Positions 57,698 to 64,000 of a stretch of DNA of 64,000 bases are shown here, one piece after another (the first letter of the stretch is position 1; the number at the start of each line of letters is the position of its first letter). The position numbers and the translations under genes were made by a program. Source of the stretch: an uncultured bacterium (lineage in GTDB: Bacteria; Lernaellota; Lernaellaia; JACKCT01); the NCBI GenBank assembly GCA_964591275.1, contig CAZQAE010000023.1:6333-70332 (forward strand). Reading direction: 5' to 3'. The notes below the pieces were generated by a model, which worked only from the letters and a program-made list of their open reading frames with translations, did not search any database and was not told where the DNA came from.

Positions 57698-58696
57698 TCA
57701 GCGATCCACGTGGCGCTGGTCCTGTTCCTTTAGAGCCTCGGCCATATCGTGATCCACCATCAAAGCCACCAAATCCTCGAAGGAGGCCTTTGGCTCCCAA
57801 CCGAGAACTTTGCGTGCTTTGGATGCATCTCCGACCAGAACATCCGCCTCCGTCGGACGGAAATATCGCGGATCAATCTCAACGTATTGTTCCCAGTCCA
57901 AATCCAATCGCCCGAAACTCAATTCCAGAAACTCCCGGACGCTATGCGTTTCCCCGGTGGCGACCACGTAATCATCCGGCTCATCATTTTGCAGCATCAG
58001 ATACATCGCCTCGACATAATCGGCCGCAAAACCCCAGTCACGTCTTGTATCAATATTGCCTAAAAGCAACTTCTTTTGCGTGCCAAGCTTGATGCGGACG
58101 GCGGCGCGCGTGATCTTGCGCGTTACAAAGTTTTCGCCCCGCCTGGGCGACTCATGATTGTAGAGGATGCCGCTGCAGGCGAACATGCCATAGGCCTCGC
58201 GATAATTAACGGTTTGATAGTGCGCGTAGACCTTCGAGCAGGCGTAGGGATTGCGTGGATGAAAACAGGTCTTTTCGTTTTGCGGAACCTTTCCTCCCTT
58301 GCCGAACATGTCGCCGGAGGAGGCTTGAAAAAATTTCACCTTTTTGTCGAGATTTCTGACGGCTTCCAGAAGCCGTATCGTACCGAGAGCGTTAATATTC
58401 GCCGTGAGTACAGGCTGCTCAAAGGACGTTCCCACGTGGGACTGCGCTGCCAAGTTATACACTTCGTCAGGTTGGATTTTTTCAAACAACGTTGTGAAGT
58501 TCGATCCATCGGTCAGGTCGCCCTCGTGAACAAAGAGCCTTTTTTTTTCCTCAATCAGTTTCCTGTCGAGATAGCCCCCGCTGGAAACTCCGGCGGGAAG
58601 GTCAATGCCGTGAACTTCGTAGCCCTTTGTGAGCAGAAACTCGGCCAGATAGCTTCCGTCCTGTGCTGTGATTCCTGTGATCAGTGCGCGTTTCAT
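57698..58696 (-). CDS. gmd: GDP-mannose 4,6-dehydratase
   Basis: The N-terminus is MKRALITGITAQDGSYLAEFLL. The SDR catalytic YxxxK is ACSKVYAHY. The length is 332 aa. Confidence 0.85.
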   Translation of the reverse strand: MKRALITGITAQDGSYLAEFLLTKGYEVHGIDLPAGVSSGGYLDRKLIEEKKRLFVHEGDLTDGSNFTTLFEKIQPDEVYNLAAQSHVGTSFEQPVLTANINALGTIRLLEAVRNLDKKVKFFQASSGDMFGKGGKVPQNEKTCFHPRNPYACSKVYAHYQTVNYREAYGMFACSGILYNHESPRRGENFVTRKITRAAVRIKLGTQKKLLLGNIDTRRDWGFAADYVEAMYLMLQNDEPDDYVVATGETHSVREFLELSFGRLDLDWEQYVEIDPRYFRPTEADVLVGDASKARKVLGWEPKASFEDLVALMVDHDMAEALKEQDQRHVDR

Positions 58697-58706
58697 TGCT
58701 GATGCC

Positions 58707-59849
58707 TTATTTCAATATCAGCGCTTCAATGACGGATTCGGTGACGTGTTGGATTTCATCCGAGGAAAGCTCCGGAAAAACAGGGAGGCTCAAAACCTCT
58801 GCGGCCGCGGCTTCCGACACCGGCATGTCCCCCTTTTTGTATTCAAGATGCTTGAAACAATCCTGCAGGTGCAGGGGCAAAGGATAGTATACGGCAGCGC
58901 CAATTTTCTTTGAATATAGATGATTCAGCACTTTATCCCGACCACCATTTTTAATCCGAACGGTGAACTGGTTGTAAATATGCCGACGTTGCGGCAACAC
59001 TCGCGGGCAAAGGATGTCCGGATGGCCCATCTCATCGAAGACTTCGCGGTATATATCTGCATTAGCCTTCCTGGCCTCCGACCATGCGTCGAGCTTTGGC
59101 AGTTTCACGCGCAATACCGCAGCTTGTATTTCGTCGCAGCGAAAATTCCCGCCGATGAAGTGATATTGGTACTTTGGGCTTTGCCCGTGGTCGCGCATGA
59201 TTCTAAGGTGCTCAGCCAGCGCGCTGCTGTCCGTGGTGATCAGCCCGCCGTCTCCCATGGCACCCAGGTTTTTGCTCGGAAAAAAGGAAAAGCATCCGTA
59301 CCGACCCATGGACCCGGCCCGCTGCTGCTTGTACTCGGCGCCGATGGCCTGTGCTGCGTCCTCAATAACCGCCAGCCCGTGCTTGTCGGCAATTTGCGTG
59401 ATGATGTCCATCTCCGCGCATTGACCATAAAGATGCACCGGGATAATAGCCTTCGTTTTTTCCGTGACTGCGCTTTCGATTTTCGCGATGTCGATGTTGC
59501 AACCGTCCGGCTCGATGTCCACGAAGACCGGGCGCGCGCCGACGCGTTCAATAACCCCGGCAGTCGCGAAAAAAGAAAAAGGAACCGTGATGACTTCATC
59601 GCCAGGTCCGACATTTTCCGACAAAAGCGCCATGAAAAGGGCGTCGGTGCCGCTGGAAACGGCGACGGCATGCGCAGAGCCGCAGTAACTGGCGGCTTCG
59701 GTCTCAAATGCCTTGATCTCGGGTCCGAGAATATAGCGCCCTGATCGAGCGCAACGGAGAAGCGCCTGTTCAAGCTCTTCCTGAATGGGGGCGTGATGAC
59801 GCTGCAAATCCAGCATGGGAACTTGATTTAGTTTTTTCTTTTTTGCCAT
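58707..59849 (-). CDS. Second DegT-family aminotransferase; because of the adjacent gmd it is plausibly a GDP-4-keto-6-deoxymannose aminotransferase (perosamine synthase-like)
   Basis: Family motifs (VPMLDLQRHH..., PLP lysine region FSFFPSKNLGAMGDGG) are present. The start at 59849 (MAKKKKLNQ) is preferred over the track's 59948. Confidence 0.7.
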   Translation of the reverse strand: MAKKKKLNQVPMLDLQRHHAPIQEELEQALLRCARSGRYILGPEIKAFETEAASYCGSAHAVAVSSGTDALFMALLSENVGPGDEVITVPFSFFATAGVIERVGARPVFVDIEPDGCNIDIAKIESAVTEKTKAIIPVHLYGQCAEMDIITQIADKHGLAVIEDAAQAIGAEYKQQRAGSMGRYGCFSFFPSKNLGAMGDGGLITTDSSALAEHLRIMRDHGQSPKYQYHFIGGNFRCDEIQAAVLRVKLPKLDAWSEARKANADIYREVFDEMGHPDILCPRVLPQRRHIYNQFTVRIKNGGRDKVLNHLYSKKIGAAVYYPLPLHLQDCFKHLEYKKGDMPVSEAAAAEVLSLPVFPELSSDEIQHVTESVIEALILK

Positions 59850-60084
59850 TTTTCTTTCCTCATCGCCTAGGCTTTGCGCGACAATCGGCAAAAGCACGCC
59901 AACAGTCAAGACTTTTGGCGCATCGGTGAGCAGTTTGGACAAGGCCAAAACCGCGAAAAGGCGGAAAAGGCATAACTTTCCTGGTCAGGAAGCACCGAAA
60001 TTCGGGTCTAAAATACTTGGATTTTTTGTCTTGACCAATGGTCATTCCGCGTCCACCCTACGCACCGGTTTGGAAAGGACAACC

Positions 60085-61929
60085 ATGACAGACAATCAAC
60101 AAGTACGAATGCCAGAGAAAATCCGCAACATCGCCATCATCGCCCATGTCGATCATGGGAAAACGACGCTGGTCGATAAAATGCTCGCGCAATCCGGCAG
60201 CTTCCGGCGCGGCGAAAGCGACATCGAACAAGCTATGGATTCCGGCGAACTGGAGCGCGAGCGCGGCATCACTATTCTCGCCAAGTTCACCTCGCTGGAT
60301 TATGAGGACTTGCACATCAACGTGGTGGACACGCCGGGCCATGCCGATTTCGGCGGCGAAGTCGAGCGCGTGATGCGCATGGTCGACTCTGTGCTGCTGC
60401 TGGTCGACGCCTTCGAAGGAGCGATGCCGCAAACGCGATTCGTCACCAAAAAAGCCCTCGCGTGCGGCCTGCGCCCGATTGTTGTGATCAATAAAATTGA
60501 TCGCCCCGGCTGCGACCCCATCGCCGCCGCCGACTCGGTGCTAGACCTGTTCATTTCGCTGGACGCCACCGATGAGCAGTGCGATTTTCCCCTCATCTAC
60601 GCATCGGCTAAGCACGGTTACGCCGTGAACAACCTGGACGACGAGCGGGCTGACCTGATGCCCCTGTTTCGCCTGATCGGCGAGTACGCGCCGCCGCCCG
60701 TGGTGGACCTAAACGATGTCCCGGCCTTGCAGGTCATTACTTTCAACCACGACGAATACCTGGGATCCATGGCCATCGGTCGTATGGAATCAGGCACTTT
60801 CCATACCGGCGACCGCGCCCTGCTGGTGCATCGCGATGGCAGCCGCGACGAGTTTCGCATCAACACCATTCTCGGCTTTCGCGGTCTTCACCGCTTCGAA
60901 ATGGAACAGGCCATGGCCGGCGACATCATCGCCCTGACCGGCATGGAGGAATTGGACGTCGGCGAAACAATCACTTCGGTGGAAAACCCCAAGGTGTTGC
61001 CGCTGCTCGAGGTTGATGCGCCCACGGTCAGCATGACCTTTATGATCAACACCTCGCCCACCGTAGGTCGCGAGGGCAAGTACATCACCAGCGCCAAGCT
61101 CAGCGAACGCCTGACTCGCGAGAAGAAATCCAACGTCTCACTGCGCGTTGAGCATACCGCCTCGACCGATTCATTCATTGTCAGTGGACGCGGCGAATTG
61201 CACCTTTCGGTGCTGATCGAAACCATGCGGCGCGAGGGCTATGAGTTCATGGTCTCGCGCCCCAAGGTCGTTTTGCGCAAAAACGACAACGGCGCCACAC
61301 TCGAGCCTTACGAAATCGTCATCGTCGATGTCGAGTCCATACACGCCGGCACGGTCATTGAGTCGTTGAACCAACGCTTCGGTCGCATCACCAATTTGCG
61401 CGAAGTGGGCATGGGGCGCTCCCGTGTCGAATTCGTCATCCCCACGCGCGGCCTTATCGGCTATCGCCCAAGATTCATGACCCAAACGCACGGAACCGGC
61501 GTCATCAACGCAGTCTTTCACGAGTACGGCCCCTGGGCCGGCGACATCAAAGACCGACCGGTCGGAGCGCTGGTCGTGCTGGACCCGTGCACTTCCGTGA
61601 TCTATGCGCTGTGGAAACTGGAAGACCGCGGCATATTTTTTATTGGACCGGGTGAAAAAGTTTATGCGGGGCAGGTCATCGGCGCGCACACACGCAATAG
61701 AGACCTGGTCGTCAATCCCGGCAAAACCAAAAAGCTGACCAACGTCCGCGCGGCGGCCACCGACGAAAAGAATGTATTCAAGCCGCATAAGGTGTTGACG
61801 ATTGAAGAAGCCCTCGATTTCATCAACGACGATGAGTTGGTCGAATTTACGCCGCAATCCATTCGCCTACGCAAACGGATTCTGGATCACAACGACCGCA
61901 AGAAAGCCGAGTCGGTCGTCAATGCCTAA
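60085..61929 (+). CDS. typA: Translational GTPase TypA/BipA
   Basis: The GTPase motifs are [29 protein letters not shown] and NKIDR. The length of 614 aa and the C-terminal domain are typical of BipA. Confidence 0.85.
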   Translation: MTDNQQVRMPEKIRNIAIIAHVDHGKTTLVDKMLAQSGSFRRGESDIEQAMDSGELERERGITILAKFTSLDYEDLHINVVDTPGHADFGGEVERVMRMVDSVLLLVDAFEGAMPQTRFVTKKALACGLRPIVVINKIDRPGCDPIAAADSVLDLFISLDATDEQCDFPLIYASAKHGYAVNNLDDERADLMPLFRLIGEYAPPPVVDLNDVPALQVITFNHDEYLGSMAIGRMESGTFHTGDRALLVHRDGSRDEFRINTILGFRGLHRFEMEQAMAGDIIALTGMEELDVGETITSVENPKVLPLLEVDAPTVSMTFMINTSPTVGREGKYITSAKLSERLTREKKSNVSLRVEHTASTDSFIVSGRGELHLSVLIETMRREGYEFMVSRPKVVLRKNDNGATLEPYEIVIVDVESIHAGTVIESLNQRFGRITNLREVGMGRSRVEFVIPTRGLIGYRPRFMTQTHGTGVINAVFHEYGPWAGDIKDRPVGALVVLDPCTSVIYALWKLEDRGIFFIGPGEKVYAGQVIGAHTRNRDLVVNPGKTKKLTNVRAAATDEKNVFKPHKVLTIEEALDFINDDELVEFTPQSIRLRKRILDHNDRKKAESVVNA

Positions 61930-62036
61930 GCGCCGGAAACAAAGGCTCAAATAGCATCCCCAAAAATATCCTGTGAAAAATGCTCCGAATTTTCTTGCGA
62001 ACGAACTATAGCGTAGGCGAAAAAGAAAAATCCGGG

Positions 62037-63641
62037 CTAGTGGCTCGATTTCATCTCGACAAGAAAAGACGGATTTTCCGATGCATCGCAGCGTAGCCCC
62101 GCAAGCTGCCCGAAAAGCCGTTCGCCGTTCGCAGCCAGCGTGGCGCATGCGCCGGTTAGTACAAGATTGATCGGCCGGAAAGTCGGCGAGGTCCAGAGCG
62201 TCGCTGGCGCGGATGCGGTTTCCGCGACGACAACTACATTGCTCACAGTCGGCCCAACCACGTGCACTTCGTATCCCATCTGATCGCCGCTGACTTTGAG
62301 TTCTATAGTCGCGCCGCTTTCCCCGCTCGCCAGGGCAAACAGGTTCGCGGCGGCAGGCTCTTGCCAATTGGCCAGCAACGTGGATCCGGGCGTCGTCACA
62401 CCCATGGAATCGACGGTCCCGCCGCCAATCCCCTGCGCCGCCACGCGAAAAATCACCGCAGGGGCATCCGTCATGCCGAGCGCTTCATCGAAGGAAAGAT
62501 CAAGAGATACGATCCTTTCACTCTCCGCGCCAAAAGCTCCGACAAAAACCGGCGGCCCCAGGCGATTGGGCTGACCGTCCACTGTTTCCACGTACCCCGC
62601 CGGCGCGTAGCCCCGCGCGTTTTCATCCATAAAGACATAGGCAGGTTTGTGCTCCGAGCCCACCATCTCCATGTTCAGCGCGCAGTTTGAAACGCCTGAC
62701 CGGAAGCCGTCGAAGAGATCGTAGTTGCCGTTAAAGATCCGCCCCGATGTATAGATCCGCGTCAGCCGCTGCGCCATGCGATTGGCCGTGTGCGCGGCAA
62801 TATCGTCCAACGCTTCTTCGCCGTCGTTAGTGAAATGCCCATCGCCTCCGAGCTGAAAAAAGGAAGGCGTCTGTGAAAATACCGAGCTTCCCGTTTCAAG
62901 AGCCAGCTTTCCCCGCATTTCAGCGATCGAGGGATAGCCCAGGACCTGCGCCAGTTCTATTAGAGGCAGCGCTGCAATTTCAAGCCTCGTCGCTTCATCC
63001 AATGCCGCAGTCATCTCCCGCACCCAGTCGGCAAGGGAGAAAAGTGGGCCTGCATCCGAAACCGGCGACGGTCCGACAAGAAACTCGTCGATAAGGGCGT
63101 TGAACTCATTCATAGTCGCCTCGTCGCTTCCGACGCCCCATTGAAAACCCACGACGATCATCTCGTGGTCCGCGTGCGTGTCGGACCACCAGCGAAGGTT
63201 CCGCAACATGCTCGAAAGCCGAACACTTTGCGTCGTTTCCGAATGGTTCACCCAGAAATCGCCGTCCTCGGTTTTGCTTGTCACATCGATTTCCAGAAAG
63301 AGCTGCCCCAGGTTTAGAGCGCGGATCAGGCCGAGGCTGGCAACCAGCGTGGTCGGTCCTCCCGGAGGACCGCGCCAGATGAAAGTGTTGTGGGAGGCAG
63401 CCATGTGCCAGGCGTTGATCGGCAAAGACGGACGCACGAACAGCGGCGCATATGAATCGTCGTCGCCCGTGTCGTCATCGTCGGCGTCGTCATCGGCATC
63501 ATCGTCGCCCGTATCGTCATCGGCATCATCGCCGTCGGTGTCGTCATCGTCAGCGCCATTATCATCATCGTCATCGCCAACGCAGCCGGGAAAGCCAACA
63601 GTCAAAAGCATTGCAACAAGCAGGAAAATCCAGCTCTTCAT
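62037..63641 (-). CDS. Secreted lipoprotein with long polyAsp linker and a TIM-barrel phosphodiesterase-like (PI-PLC X-like?) domain
   Basis: The start at 63641 (MKSWIFLLVAMLLTVGFPGCVGDDDDDNGADDDD...) is preferred, as the track ORF is over-extended. The segment AWHMAASHNTF is weakly PLC-X-like. Confidence 0.4.
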   Translation of the reverse strand: MKSWIFLLVAMLLTVGFPGCVGDDDDDNGADDDDTDGDDADDDTGDDDADDDADDDDTGDDDSYAPLFVRPSLPINAWHMAASHNTFIWRGPPGGPTTLVASLGLIRALNLGQLFLEIDVTSKTEDGDFWVNHSETTQSVRLSSMLRNLRWWSDTHADHEMIVVGFQWGVGSDEATMNEFNALIDEFLVGPSPVSDAGPLFSLADWVREMTAALDEATRLEIAALPLIELAQVLGYPSIAEMRGKLALETGSSVFSQTPSFFQLGGDGHFTNDGEEALDDIAAHTANRMAQRLTRIYTSGRIFNGNYDLFDGFRSGVSNCALNMEMVGSEHKPAYVFMDENARGYAPAGYVETVDGQPNRLGPPVFVGAFGAESERIVSLDLSFDEALGMTDAPAVIFRVAAQGIGGGTVDSMGVTTPGSTLLANWQEPAAANLFALASGESGATIELKVSGDQMGYEVHVVGPTVSNVVVVAETASAPATLWTSPTFRPINLVLTGACATLAANGERLFGQLAGLRCDASENPSFLVEMKSSH

Positions 63642-63997
63642 TTGGCGCCTCCATCTATCCGCCAAATGTAGACGTAGTAGCTCCTGATTCCCGGGTTGAG
63701 ATGATGAACCGTTTCCAAGGCGCCCGAAATCACCATTCCATCGCTCAGGATTTTGGAAAAATTCCCTTCCTGCGTGACATCTATGGAAGCAAGGACGCCC
63801 GGCGCCGATCCGATTTGAAAGGTAGCGGCATTGTCGCTGTGGCAAAATGGGTGTTCGCCGGACGCCGCGCTGATCGTTTCCGAACCGTCGCACTGGCCGA
63901 TCATCACCTGTCCGGGCGCTGCAACATTGACCAGGAAAACCATCCCCGGCTGGTCGGCCCTCGCGCTGCTTGCAATGACCAGTCCCACGCATAACAA
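63638..63997 (-). CDS. Small secreted protein (119 aa) whose stop overlaps the downstream lipoprotein start as ATGA
   Basis: The signal peptide is MLCVGLVIASSARA. The gene start is 3 nt from the window end. Confidence 0.4.
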   Translation of the reverse strand: MLCVGLVIASSARADQPGMVFLVNVAAPGQVMIGQCDGSETISAASGEHPFCHSDNAATFQIGSAPGVLASIDVTQEGNFSKILSDGMVISGALETVHHLNPGIRSYYVYIWRIDGGAK

Positions 63998-64000
63998 AAT

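Noticed and set aside
61929-62080. Inverted repeat GAAAAATCCG ... CGGATTTTCC between convergent typA and the 62037 lipoprotein gene as a bidirectional terminator
   Set aside because: The 35-nt spacer is too long for a stable terminator hairpin and the 3' arm overlaps the lipoprotein coding end. It is noted but not called.

Overview
This is a GC-rich bacterial contig (roughly 55-60% G+C by eye, with several visibly lower-GC insertions). It has a metagenome-like character, with about 50 protein genes on both strands and one tRNA. No rRNA genes and no CRISPR array were found.

Main blocks, left to right:
- 1-8.3 kb: a four-gene RM-like defence cassette on the minus strand. It encodes a DUF499 ATPase with a Swt1-type HEPN N-terminus (partial at the window edge), a DUF1156 DNA methyltransferase, a small ASCH/PUA-like protein, and an SNF2 helicase with a DUF3883-like C-terminus.
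- 8.3-13.4 kb: decayed mobile DNA. A tyrosine-recombinase C-terminal fragment and two copies of a perfect 23-bp direct repeat bracket a 1013-aa mucin-like secreted lipoprotein carrying two SUMF1/FGE-fold domains. An IS4/IS5-type transposase pseudogene and a stem-loop/palindrome cluster lie alongside.
- 13.6-15.9 kb: an agmatinase-family ureohydrolase and a HemL-like class-III aminotransferase.
- 16.0-18.2 kb: an MshEN (c-di-GMP-binding type) plus HEAT-repeat protein translationally coupled to pilT. The pilT gene is broken by a single-base frameshift in an A7 run.
- 18.2-21.6 kb: a lower-GC MmeI-like single-chain restriction-modification enzyme.
- Housekeeping genes: rlmD-type methyltransferase, nadB, and typA.
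- Many secreted lipoproteins begin with an unusual lipobox Cys-Gly-polyAsp N-terminus. Two unrelated cysteine hydrolases (Ntn/C45-like and papain-like) end in polyAsp...GCGC-COOH.
- 32.6-33.7 kb: a low-GC two-gene insert whose second protein carries an Rx4H HEPN-like motif.
- 38-41.5 kb: a low-GC island with a transposase remnant and three secreted proteins.
- 46.5-49.0 kb: three tandem DUF1566 (Lcl-like) lipoprotein paralogues, next to a degraded integrase and tRNA-Lys(UUU).
- 50.0-54.8 kb: an acetyl-CoA hydrolase/transferase-GNAT fusion, an orphan KamE-like B12-binding subunit, and an acyl-CoA ligase.
- 54.8-59.8 kb: a WbpB/WbpD/WbpE-like trio plus gmd plus a second DegT aminotransferase (nucleotide-sugar/O-antigen type cluster).
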